Below are positions 50,945 to 62,769 of a stretch of 64,000 nucleotides of DNA, piece after piece. The notes under the pieces were generated by a model that was given only the letters and a program-made list of their open reading frames with translations, did not search any database and was not told the origin of the DNA. The translations under genes were made by a program, and so were the position numbers. The stretch spans positions 118,545 through 182,544 of the forward strand of contig MU057416.1 in the NCBI GenBank assembly GCA_013265495.1, written 5' to 3'. Numbering within the stretch: the first letter of the stretch is position 1; every line of letters starts with the position of its first letter. The DNA is from Vicugna vicugna. Lineage: Eukaryota.

Positions 50945-51600
50945 TGTTCATTCATCTAACAACTAACTAGAGGTCACCTCTGCCCAGGGGCTGGCCTAGC
51001 AGCCTTCATGGAGCGTGTGGTTTGGTGGGAGAGAAGGAAAGTAATCAAATGATCACCCAAACAATGTGGCTGTGGGGATAAAAAACCCTGGGAGAGCGAT
51101 GGGAGGTCATTTGGTCTAATCAGAAAAATAAAGGAGGACTTTCCAGAGACAGGGACAATTGGTCTACCTGTAGGACTGAAAGAATATTGCCAGATGTGGG
51201 AGAGTTTTTAAAGTAGAGAGGACATTATATGTACAATCTACAGGACGGGGGTTGGGTGCCCAAGATACAGTTTCACTGAGAAAAGATGTCTCTGAATAAA
51301 TGGTGGAAAGGGAGCTGAGGAGTGAGAAGTAATGTTGGAGCAGATACAGGCAGAGCTGCTAGGAGGTCATTCTGATTGTTTGTTCAAGAGATGTTAGTGA
51401 CTTGGACTGCGACGGTGGTGGTGTAGATGGAGAGAAACTGACAATTTTAAGATAGGCTGAGGGAGTAACATAGGGAGAAGTTAACAATGGACTGAAGGAA
51501 GTGAGTTTCGAGAATGACTCTGAGGTTTCTGTTTTCACAACAGGATGGCTGGTGATGCCACAAACTGAGGTAGGAAACTCTAGAACGAAATCTATTTGAT
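50945..51600 (-). mobile_element. L2 LINE remnant
   Basis: ttcattcatctaacaactaact (L2 3' end, reversed)...gagaatgactctgaggtttctg...ggatggctggtgatgcca. Confidence 0.65.
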
Positions 51601-52445
51601 TTTCACCTTCTGTTTCCCACGGGTCATCCCCAGTGTGTCCACTGGGTCCCTTTCCAAGACCATGAGGTCCCTTGAATCTAGCTATGCTGCCAGAGTTCTA
51701 ATTCTTTAGCTGGATGCCCTCAACAACGGCTTGAAATACAGCCTATTGTAATGACATCGGAGAGGGGAAAACGCACAGAAGTCAGAGTAAGAGATGAACC
51801 ACAGACCAGCCCGGAGGGAAAGCTGAGTGTGGGCCCCTTGCACACGTGGCACACCAAGTCACAGAGCCACGTGCTCCCCACAGAAAGCTGGCTTCTCAGA
51901 AGTCACACGTGCACTGAGAGGTTCTTTGTGCAACTCCGCGGTCCAAATGGCAGGTTTTCTCACACCTTCTTCTTCTCGGAAGTGGTAGCTCTGATGTTTT
52001 GAGTTGGGCAGAGTCTTGCAGCTCTTAAAGCGCTCTGTTCACTGGTTTGTAAGAAACAGGTGGAACGTAGACATCCAGTGTTGCCCCAGGTCCTCCCGGA
52101 CAATCTATCCCAGGGGACTTTGGCATGAATCACCCTCTGGGCACAGGCGTTCCATGACTGCCCTCCTGCCAGAAGAGGGGCCGCGCAGGAGGGGCTGGGC
52201 GTCAAAGATCCCTTGGGCGAGGCGGCTTCAGGTCTCCCCGTGCGTGGTCCTTATTCACACAAACAAAATGCTTTATGAGAAATAATGTTTTACATTTTTT
52301 AAAAAGTAATACAGGATTCTAACCCCTTCCAAATAGTTCGGTATATCTCCATTGCCAACCAAAAGATGTCCTTAAGATCGTGCCTAACTGAAACCAGCAA
52401 CCAGGAGCTCACATGCGAAAAACTGTAAACACACCAGACTAGACT

Positions 52446-52775
52446 ATGAGTCTTTTTATTTTATTTTAAAAAAAATTTTTATTGAGTTACAGTCAGTTTA
52501 CAATGTTGTGTCAAGAGAATGAGTCTTTTTAAATTAATTTTTTAACTGAACTATAGTTGATTTACAGTATTGTGTTAGTTTCCGGTGTACAGAAAAATGA
52601 TTTCAGTTACATATACGGAGTTATGTACAAATATACTCTTTTCCAGATTCTTTTCCATTATAAGTTATTACTTAAAAGACATTGAATATCGTGGCCTGTG
52701 CTCCACAGTAGGTCCTTACTGTTCATCTGTTTTATAAATAGTTGATAGTGTCTGCAAACCTCCGACTCCCAATTT
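52446..52775 (-). mobile_element. Two nested L1 3' ends
   Basis: Short tail 52458-52513 flanked by atgagtcttttt (52446-52457 and 52519-52530), followed by a longer L1 3' UTR 52525-52775. Confidence 0.8.
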
Positions 52776-54269
52776 AAATTGCTTTTCGTTTCAGGTAAAC
52801 TTCCTTGGCTTCATGACTTAATTGAATACCTTATTAGATACTTCAGTCATAACATCAAGTGTTTCCTGTGTGCTGAACTTACCACGGTAATTAGCTAGTT
52901 AATTATTGTGTCTTCCACTAACGTAGAATCCACAGGGCAGGGAGCATGTTTTTATTTCACTCACCACTATTTTCCTAATACCAGTAAAGCTGACCGCCTT
53001 GTCTCAGGCGATGGCTGTGTTTGTTGAATGAATGGACGGATGACACCTTCTGCAGTTAATCCCATGTAATCTGTTTCTGTCCTTGTGTAACCTTTACGAT
53101 ATGTAACTAAAAATCTGGGAAAGAGGATGAGTTGAAATAAATGTTATTTACAATTTAAAAATATCACAGCTTAAAAAAAACTATTATAAGTCCGTCAGCT
53201 GTGGTTACTTTGAAAATTACTGATGAAACTTGGAGATGGTTTTGGATCCATACCATTTCCTCCACTCAAGAAGGACCACGCTCCTTACTCCATGGAGACT
53301 CTGACATCACTTCCTGGTCTTTCCCAGTCTCTGCTGTCCTTACAAAGTGCCCGTCCCTGTCTCAGAGTCAACGAGGGGGGCCACATCAGTGTCACAAATG
53401 CTCCTTCTGTTTCTAGGGGGGTTTTCTGCGGCTGCTTGGGGTCAAGTAGAGGAGATTGCCTTGGCCACCTCTCGTCAGACCCTTGCCTCCATGTCCAGTT
53501 TAATGCCGTCCACTGCCAAAGTGGGGGCTGTGCTCTGTCCCCCAGTGGGCTGCTTCTTTCCTGCCTCCCTCCTGACACTTCACTCTCAGGGGTCTTGAAC
53601 CTCTGGCTCCCCACTGCCTCCCTGCTGAGAGCCCTGAATCCTGTCTGAGTTCATCCAGCGCCGTCTCTCTACACCAGGCTGCAGAGCATCCATCAGACAC
53701 TTTGTTACCCCCAGCTCTACTCTTCCTTGTAGACACGATGCTCAGTTTTAACACATGAAAGTAAAACGTATAATCTGATTCATTTGTTCCTAAAGAATCT
53801 CAGGATTCCTTGGGCAGAATTTCTGCCCACCTGTGTGAAATGGGATTGAACCTCTTAATTTCTTACTCTTCCTTCTAAGCTGTGATCTGCAAAGCCCTTT
53901 TCAAAATGTCTCTTTAAGGCTCCCAACCCCTCTCCTTAACTTGTTCAAGAGTACATTTGATTGAATTCACTTCCTTCTGAAAGACTATATGCCACGCACT
54001 TCCCTCCTGGCCTCTAGTTTTACCAAATATCCCGCCATGATCACAGACTATCAGAGCACAAGTATTTGCTTAAAGATACCCAAAGCTCACCCCCAAATAG
54101 ATTTCCATGGCAAATGCCTTTTAAGAAGAAGGCTGAGTTCTTAAATTCGTGACCTCTGACACCTGCTTTTCCTTGGGCCTCCCTGCCCAAGAGCAGTGCT
54201 GGCATTCACACTACTTTACTTGCAAATACATTTGCAAATAGAGAACAAGACCATTTTTATGCTATCAGT

Positions 54270-54393
54270 GTTCTTTTTTGCTTGTTTTTGTTTTTTTTTT
54301 TCTTTCTTCTTCTTCTTTTTTTTTTTTTTTTTTTTACCCAGGACCTTGTGCCTGCCAAGCATGCACCCTACCACTGAGCTATTCCTACCCCCA
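54270..54393 (-). mobile_element. tRNA-Ala-derived SINE (Vic-1-like) with long T-rich tail
   Basis: cccaggaccttgtgcctgccaagcatgcaccctaccactgagcta preceded by about 65 nt of T-rich sequence. Confidence 0.8.
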
Positions 54394-55254
54394 CCTAGGT
54401 ATTTTTAGTGGCTGCAAGGACTCTGTCCATCTCCAAGGCCCACAAGCATTATCTATAGTTCAAATAATAAAGCCTTCTGCAGGCGCCCACTCTGGGTTTC
54501 AAATGCATAGAGATACTGTGACAATGACACCAGCTCACTTCCCTGGGCTGCTGACATCACAGAGGCTCTCTGCCAGCAGGCGTTTTTGTAATTAATGGAC
54601 TAAGAACACCATCAGAATCCTGAAGAACGTTGTGTGTTTATTTGTTGTCTTTTAATCAGAAAGATTGGGAGAACATTGCTGAGGGAAAAACAAAAGTTAA
54701 CTTTGGTCAAAGAGAGCTCTTGATTTAATGACCCTCACGCCCTCATCAGCACCAAGAATGTCCCCAGCCACAGAGCGGTCTTTGCTTTGAAGCAGAATTT
54801 GCTGTAGTGGAGGTGACTTTCTGACTCCGTTCCTGGCCCCGCAAGGAGAGCTGGGAAAGATGTGGGGCAAAGCCGTTAAGTTCTCTGAGGACGCTTTGGC
54901 CTGGGAAATGGTTTAACTGCTAAACCCGCCATCTGGCTGGTGAAAGACCCTGGTCACCAAAAATAACCCGACAGGTAGCTGTTGACTCACTCGTTTGGCC
55001 ATTTTAAAACAAAGACAGGCATTTCCTACCACTTCAATGAGCATTTCATCTCACTAGCCTCCATTTTGTCAGGGCCATGCTGACTCTGTTTTATCATCTT
55101 TAAGTAAGAATTTTGTGGATTTTGGGGGGAAGAGTAGGTGTTACTTTTAAAAAGTTACAATGACCACCTCATGGGAGTGTTAGCTGTATACTTAAGGCAC
55201 ATCTTCCTTGAAGGGAAAACGTTTTAAGGCCTACTAACTCAGTCTAGTTACTTG

Positions 55255-55310
55255 AATTGAGGAAGTAAGATGCCTTTGCAGTGACTTTGAACAACCTTCT
55301 CCACTTCCTG
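55255..55310 (+). promoter_or_regulatory. PTPRC: PTPRC TATA-less promoter region with ETS/PU.1 motifs
   Basis: GAGGAAGT 55259-55266 and ACTTCCTG 55303-55310 directly upstream of or within sequence resembling the CD45 mRNA 5' end (gaacaacc...acttcctgccaagagg). Confidence 0.65.
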
Positions 55311-55456
55311 CCAAGAGGCCCCGTTGCAGCGCTTTTGGAGAACTTGGTGAAACCGAATCTGACGCAGTGCCTCGCAGCCCATGCCGCTGGCGGGCGCTGA
55401 GCTCTGAGGGCGACAGCGGGCGGAATCGCTCCCGTCTGATAAGACACCAGAGCAGC
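55289..55456 (+). other. PTPRC: PTPRC non-coding exon 1 (1a/1b region); 5' boundary approximate
   Basis: ttttggagaacttggtgaaaccgaatctgac...cgtctgataagacaccag resembles the CD45 5' UTR; donor GTACGC at 55457; 82-nt intron to acceptor ttttgcctttcag ending at 55538. Confidence 0.7.
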
Positions 55457-55581
55457 GTACGCGTTTCTTTCTTTTACTGTTTGATTCGGTTCCACAGAGA
55501 AGACCTTTTACGGAGATAACCATTATTTTGCCTTTCAGACGGACGCATGCTGGTTCCCGGGAACACGGCTGATCTCCAGAT

Positions 55582-55654
55582 ATGACCATGTATTTGTGGC
55601 TTCAACTCCTGGCCCTCGGCGTTGCCTCGCTGGACTCCGCAGTGCTGGTTACAG
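55582..55654 (+). CDS. PTPRC: Receptor-type tyrosine-protein phosphatase C (CD45), exon 2 coding part (signal peptide); exon 2 = 55539-55654
   Basis: ATG ACC ATG TAT TTG TGG CTT... = MTMYLWLQLLALGVASLDSAVLVT(G), matching the CD45 signal peptide [25 protein letters not shown]. 73 nt, strong CAG|GTGAGT donor. Exon 3 was not recognised in the window, consistent with the long intron 2. Confidence 0.97.
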
Positions 55655-58327
55655 GTGAGTACGAGGCAGCTCACGCTTGCTTACTGATTAACATTATTAT
55701 CATTTTTTTTTTTTTGGCGGAAGGACATTGGTTTGAAATAGAAAAATCAGTTGCGTGTTGGTGACTGGAGGTGACAGAGCCGCTGGATAAGGGTCAAGGT
55801 TATTTGAGCTCAGAGAGGCATGGCTTGTTATGAGAAGAACACATTGTTTCTGTTTAAAAAGGCCGAGAACTCACAATTTAAAAGGCAAACATTGTTTCTC
55901 TGTATCTTGGTTTACAAACTCTTCAAGGATAGCCCCAAAGCAACACTGTTACCTTATCCTGAAATGACACAAATGTGTTTGAGCAAGAGGTAGATTCTAA
56001 TGACAAAAAAAGTGTATTTTTGTTTTTTTTCTTTCTTAACAAACAATGCATTTTCAAAAAAGCCATAATACGGCTTTGCTTGCACATAAGCCCTCCTCCT
56101 TTCTGACCAGCAGTTTGCTTCCTCAAATTTTGATTGTGACTGAAAACCTTTATTGAGGACTTCACTATATGGTAATTTAAAATAATACACTTAGGTATTT
56201 TAATTAAATATTCACTTTTTGTGAATTCTTATGACTGAATGTATCTGAAATCAAGGTTTTTGGTTCCTTACGGTTGTTGCAATGATTATTTGCTTTGAAA
56301 ATTCTTATGGGGCCACCGCCCTTCCTGGGTGATGGGTAAATATTACAGCCTTAACGAGATAAAAATACTTAAACTCTTAAGAATCATGCAAATGCTGTAT
56401 TCTATAGGAAAATGTACTAAGCAGATGTTCTGCTACCTGTTAAATTTGAGATCTTTATACAGTTATGGTCTATTTAATGGACATTTCTTGAATGGTTTCA
56501 GTTTGGGTCGATGAGTGTATTTTGGTTGATATTTATTATTATTCCTTATGGTGTAGTATCTAAAAGTTATTTTTTATTATTGAAAGGATATTTAAAATGG
56601 TAGTTTTGTAGATTTCTAAGTAAGTTTAAAAAACAGGAAAAATTATTTTAAAAAATATCTTGCTTCTTGTAATTCACTTTGAAATCTCTTTTTGACTTTC
56701 CATCGCTCCCTGTCCACTCCAAGGTCCAGGACAGTAGCTGTCTTCTGAGCGTGCTACATTGTTGATTTATATTTTATGTAACCAAGGACAGTAGAAAGCA
56801 TTGTGGATCGTGTTTTTTTGTTTATTTTTGTTGTTGTTGTTGTTTGTTTTTTCCTTTTCTGTAACTGAAGAAGACAGATTAAAAATTTTTACATAGGTAC
56901 AGCATTTTGTCTCAGGACAGAAAATGTTTATCAAGTTGTCATTCTGATAAAGTTGGTTATCATAACAAAAAATGATAAAGAGTAATCATTTTAATAGGGT
57001 GATAATCTGTGTATTATCACAGATCAGAATAAATTTCCACTAAAAATTCCCACTCGGTAACTGTTGTAAAACATTTCTAAATGAACATAAAGAAAAACTA
57101 AAATATTTTGTTGGCCACAGAGCAAACCATCATAGAAATTTCAACTCAGTCTACCAAGAATGTTTACCATAAGAAATATCTTTGAATTTATAATGAAAAT
57201 AAGAGAGTAAAATGTCCTAGAAGCCATTAAACCAATTTTGCTGAATAATTTATACTATAAATAAATGGGTAGATATACATAGATTCATTTTGAAAGACAG
57301 AGTTTAACTTCAGTTGCTCATATAAATATTGACAGCAAACATTTTTCTAAAAGGCATCAATAGTCTTCCTGATATACACTTATTTTTGAAAAAATATATA
57401 TACGCATAATTATCTGAGTGTGCAAATCTTGTTTATCATACTTTTAAGTTCTGAGAGCTATTTTGTGATTCAATATGTAATTTTGAAAGTTATTAATTCT
57501 TTAAATTATATATTTTTATTAGCAGTGTATGAGTTGGAATATGTTTACTCTAATGTGTCGAAATTGAGTTCAGTGTGTATAGGAAATCCTGGACATCAAA
57601 TTTATATTGTATGTTCTAAAGGCATAAAGAAATAGGGGCAAATGTAGAGAGACATCAAGGGATAAATTGATGCGCGACTCAGATGTGTTATTTAATCTCT
57701 AAAATACAAATCCGGTCAAGACCCAAGTTCAGCTTTGCCAGGGCAGGAACAATGGTGGGTTGATTTTTACATAAAAGTTGGTCGTCTCTTTGCTTTGTGC
57801 TTCTTTGCGGCGATAACTGGAAACCAACACTTTGTTTAATGTTTCCCAATAATTCTAGGGGACAGTGATGGTTTTGAGAGTGCAGGCAGGGACGAGTGAT
57901 CTCTGCCTCCAGTAAAGGTGCCAGGCCAGGCAAATCTGCCACTTCATAACATGACAGCCATGAGTACACGAGTGCTGTGAATTATGAGTCATAACGGTTA
58001 AGAGCCGTTTCCTGGACCTGGGTTTGCATTTTTTCATCTACACAGAAAAGAAATAGCTCATGTTACAAACATGCACCTTGCCTTGCATACCACAGGCATC
58101 CAGTTCTAACTGTGAATTGAATTTGGTGAGCAATGCTGTTAAAGTTCTGGATTCTCTACAATGTAGAGACTTGGGGGTGTGAATATGGTTACTTACTGAT
58201 GTTTTAAAAAGTGTATTCCTGATACAAACCTGCCTGGGATCCTCATCGTCGCTAGAGTTTCAAGTGCGCTTTGTTACAGGAAGGATAAGGGGAGCCCAGG
58301 GGTCTGCCGTCCTTTCCTCCCTGGTTC

Positions 58328-58444
58328 CCTGTGACTGAGCCCGGGGTCAGAGCACTCGGCTGGAGCCGCATCTTCCCTCTGCGCTCCTGTGACTGAGCCC
58401 AGGGTCAGAGCACTCGGCTGGAGCCGCATCTTCCCTCTGCGCTC
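58328..58444. repeat. 58-bp tandem duplication (2 copies, 1 mismatch) in PTPRC intron 2
   Basis: cctgtgactgagccc(g/a)gggtcagagcactcggctggagccgcatcttccctctgcgct occurs twice head-to-tail. Confidence 0.95.
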
Positions 58445-58510
58445 GGCCGCTTGGTGTCCTTTCACCCGGGACAGCTAACTAGTGTGACAATGTAGATGTT
58501 TCCACCCTGT

Positions 58511-58514
<4 letters not shown>

Positions 58515-58549
<35 letters not shown>
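58515..58549. repeat. (CA)n microsatellite
   Basis: Pure CA run of about 17 units. Confidence 0.95.
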
Positions 58550-58550
<1 letters not shown>

Positions 58551-58691
58551 CATGTATAGACATACTAGTTACATTTGTGTGAGTTACAGATCCTGCATAC
58601 TACATGTGTGTTACATCACACACACACAGGTACATATATGTGTATGTATTGGTCTGTCTGTCCTCGATCTGCTGGTTCTCCATATTATCTA

Positions 58692-58932
58692 CTTTTTTTT
58701 AACTGGAGCACAGTCAGTTACAATGTGTCAGTTTCTGATGTGCAGCACAGTGTCCCAGTCATGCATGTACATATACATATTCATTTTCATACTTTTTTAT
58801 TAAAGGTTGTTGCAAGATATTGAATAGATTTCCCTGTGCTATACAGAAGAAATTTGTCTTTTATCTGTTTTTATATGTATAGTGGCTAACATTTGCAGAT
58901 CTCAAACTCCCGAACTTATCCCTTCCCACCCC
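58692..58932 (-). mobile_element. L1 3' UTR fragment with degenerate TSD
   Basis: L1 3' end flanked by ccatattatctactttt (58680-58696) and ccatactgtctactttt (58931-58947). Confidence 0.85.
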
Positions 58933-61425
58933 ATACTGTCTACTTTTAAATATTGGGATTCTGTGGGCGTCAGTCTTTGGCCAGTTTTAGCCTGTTTCTT
59001 GCATTCAGAGTTCCTTATCATCACCTAGTGCATATTAATGGTCCTGGTCCTCTGTCTCCAGAGTGTCACCCCTCAGGGGGGGGAGCCTACCCTCTTTCCT
59101 AAACTGAATCTTGTTTTGTTGTGTTGTGTTTTTGCAAAAAGAAAGAGAGAGAGAGAATCTGAGATATATATTTAAATGTTCCCTGAGGACTATCACTTTA
59201 TTTTTTAATAACCTCTAAAATCTTTCTCCCTTTTTCATCCCCACTGCTGTTGCTTTAATTCATGCCTTCATCACTTTTCACTGGCAGAATTGTAATAGTT
59301 TCCTAATCTGTCCAAAGTCACATGTATTTCTTTTCACACCCACAGCTTTAAACTTAAGTAAAAGAGGAAAAGGCCCCTCTAATATCTTCTTATTTTCTGG
59401 TGTATGCGCTAAACTCATTGCCACTGAGTCCGGCAATGCGCAGGGCCAGGAGCTGGGCGTGATCTTTTTTTTTTAATTTTCTTTCTTTTTTTTTTTTCTT
59501 TTTTCTTTTCTTTTCTTCTTCTTCTTTTTTTTTTTTAATGATTGACCAAAATAGAACAAGTAGGAGGTAGTTTCAACCCCTGGCTGATTCTCAGCACTTC
59601 CTCAAGACTTCTGAGGCTCTGTGCAAATCCTATTTCCCCTCGAAAATTCTCTTTCATCACTTTTGCCATGAAACATCTCCACTGAAATTTTATACTCTTT
59701 ATCGCCTTTCCTGGTCACTTTTCACATACTATTTCAACTTGTTGTCGGCATCATTTACCAATCAGGGCATTACTGCCATTGGGACCTTCGTGGAGGCAGA
59801 AACTGTCTTGCGCTTTTGTGTATCATCTGTACTTGATTTCTTACCAGGCCCTGAAGAAGTAATGGGCATTTTGGGACAGAACTGCAGATTCTAGTCATGG
59901 GGGAGAAGGAGGAGGACGAGAACATTTTCAGGAAGAAAAGGACAGAAAAGGGAGAAACATGAGATAAAAAAAATCAGCCAGAGACAAAATGGGAGGATGG
60001 AGCAGTTAGACAATTTCATCAAGATTAAATACAGTAATTTTGGGTCTAGATCTTTATAGGTTTTGCCTTTTTTTGGTTCCTATTTCCTTCTTGTATCTCC
60101 TGACTTTATCTCTTATCTGGAAAAGCCTCTTGATTTCTTAAAAAGCCATCATTCAAGAATGTGGTTCCTAAATTATCTGTGACCTACTCTGTGGACATTC
60201 CTGCAGGTGGCATTTCATTTGGTGGGTCAGCTTTGTTCTTCAGATCCAGACTCCACAGGAAGAAGGGGAGGGGATGCTCATGAAGCCAGGGGACAAGAAC
60301 CCAGGGTCAGGTCCAGTCTTACAAGTGCTGGCGTGGGCAATGCTCGCTGTGGTGCCCTGGGATGGGTTCCAAGGGCAGAGGAAGAATGGCGCCCCTGCAA
60401 GATGCACTATATGCTCACAGAAAGTCTCCAGGAATCTGGGCATCATTTCTTACTAGATAACGTGGTAACACATTTCAGTCTGAGTAGGGAGAGAGCAGAG
60501 ATTTGCTGTCAGGAAGATTGGCTTTGTTAATGAAAGCATACCTTTAATATAGACAAGGTTTTGTTTTCAGACCATGTGGCTGTAAGTTACTGGTACAGAG
60601 ATAGAACTTATTCATTACCACAGAACTTTGATCTTTCTCAATCTTGCAAGTTTATGGGAATATTTAGACAGGAGAAAAGACCATGGAAATGTAACTTAAT
60701 CTCAGTTTAAACTTCATTTCAATCTTATTTAAATCATTTTGCCAGTATAGATACCCAAGCACATACTAGTTACCTGTCACCAAAAGATGAGTGTTATGAC
60801 TTTGGCATGCATGATGATCATAGTCTTATGGAAGGATAAAGAAAAAGTAAAATATTGCAATATATATAAAACACTAAAAAAGTCTAAAAAGAGAAAAATA
60901 TTGCAGGCTATTCATTTAGCAATATCATATGATATCTATTTCTATGTGATTCTGAAATATACAGAAATAAAAATTATCATGATCATTAGATTTTGCGTAC
61001 ATGGCCCTAGCCAATATTTAGACTAGAAAACATCTAATTATCATCTAAAATCTTTAATATGTATTTCTTTTATATATCAAAATGTTACTTTAATTTCAGT
61101 CTGTCAAGAGTCTGGGGAATGGCTATTATAAACAGAGTATCATGTGTTCAGGACTAACAACAAAAACAAGAAAGAAAAAAAACCAAAGAAATGAAAACCT
61201 TTTTCCTCTTTTTAGCCAGGACAAGTGTAAATACAGAAACAGTCAGTGTTGGTGAAAGACTTAAGCCTCTTTCATTCCATGTATAGTGTCTTCAGTTAAT
61301 TCACTTCTGATAATAAGCAAGATTATCAATGCTTTTATTAGATCATTTACTGAAGACTCAAGCTCAAACAGACTTTAACAGCTTTTACGGTGCATAAGTA
61401 TACAGTGTTTAAAGATCAAACACTT

Positions 61426-61511
61426 GGTGGAAGGTGCTAGCTCAGTGTATAGCACCTGCTTAGCATGCATGAGTTCAATCCCCAGAACCTCCATTTGAAA
61501 AAAAAAAAAAA
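61426..61511 (+). mobile_element. tRNA-Ala-derived SINE (Vic-1-like), internally deleted
   Basis: tagctcagtgtatagcacctgcttagcatgcatgagttcaatccccagaacctcca followed by poly(A). Confidence 0.8.
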
Positions 61512-62671
61512 GAGAGAGAGATTAAAAAACCCCCACTCATTTCCTGTTAAAAATGAGACGCAAGTATCTGCAATAAAAAAAGAGTTACTTTACTAAAACT
61601 TCAATTTCTCCTGTAAATAATTGCAAGTCTGATAAAGTCATAACTACATGCAACAATGTTCAAGAGATGATTGTCATTCGTGTATTACAAATTTACTTCC
61701 ACTAGAGACACCTATGTAAATAAATGTGGTCATCATATTTTAAATATCTCCTCTTAAAAAAGCAATGATTTGTTTACTGATAAAAGAACTATTAAACATC
61801 ACAGCAAATGAGGCAGGAGCCATTCCAAGTTGGAGAAGACCATGGTAGCTGCAGTGGAGAAGTATTTCGGAAATCAAATTCTATGAATTTTTTATCTTGA
61901 TCCAAATCATTTTTCCATCTCTGATGTACAGTTTCCTCATCTATAAAGTGTTGTAAGCATTAAAAGGTATACTGTTTGCAAAAGTACTTTAAAAACTGCG
62001 AGATGCTTGGCAAAGTTTTAAATCTTATTTGTGTAATCCCATGAAATCACAACACACAGGTCCTTACCATTGAAACATGATTCCACATCTCATCTCTTCC
62101 TTTGAGAGAGTCTGAGAAGACAGTTTAAGGCTGTGTGAGAGAGGAATAAACCCTTCTAGATCTTTGAAATCTTTTAACTTTGTTTCTCCTATTTAGGGAT
62201 TTTCCGATTACTCTGGATCCTACTTCTTAAATAGTTTATAGATCCACCCACATCACAGCTCCTGGCTAGAGTTGTACTGTTTCTTACTGTAACGAGAGCC
62301 TGTAATCTCGTCTCCCTTCAGTCCCTACCAGGATAATCTTCGTAAAAGGCACACGCACCTTTGCACACGCCTCCTTCCTCGGCTCCCTGTGGGATAGAGA
62401 GCATCCTGTCCTGGGATTTTGATCTCAAGAGTGTTTTGACTCAACATTTATGAAAATAAACATTTAACTAGAATATCTCAACATTCATGAATTTTCCTTG
62501 AAAATAGATTTCACACAAAACCCTCCATTATACCAGTTTAATTCCCTGAGTATTTTAATGTATCCTGATTAAGTTATTACCAATTTTTATATCTTTATTT
62601 TACTGAATTAAAGTTCAACAGCATCAATTTTCATTTAACTTTACAATTGCTGTTAAATTTATGAATCAATT

Positions 62672-62769
62672 GACAGCTCAGTGGTACAGCTGTATGCTTA
62701 GCATGCACGAGGTCCTGGGTTCATCCTCAGTGCCTCCACTAAAACAAAACAAAAATATATATATATATA
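62672..62769 (+). mobile_element. tRNA-Ala-derived SINE (Vic-1-like) with perfect 18-bp TSD
   Basis: agctcagtggtacagctgtatgcttagcatgcacgaggtcctgggttcatcc...; taaatttatgaatcaatt at 62654-62671 and 62770-62787. Confidence 0.92.

Noticed and set aside
55655..55764. Extension of the PTPRC ORF (EYEAAHACLLINIIIIFFFL...)
   Set aside because: Intron 2 read-through after a strong CAG|GTGAGT donor.
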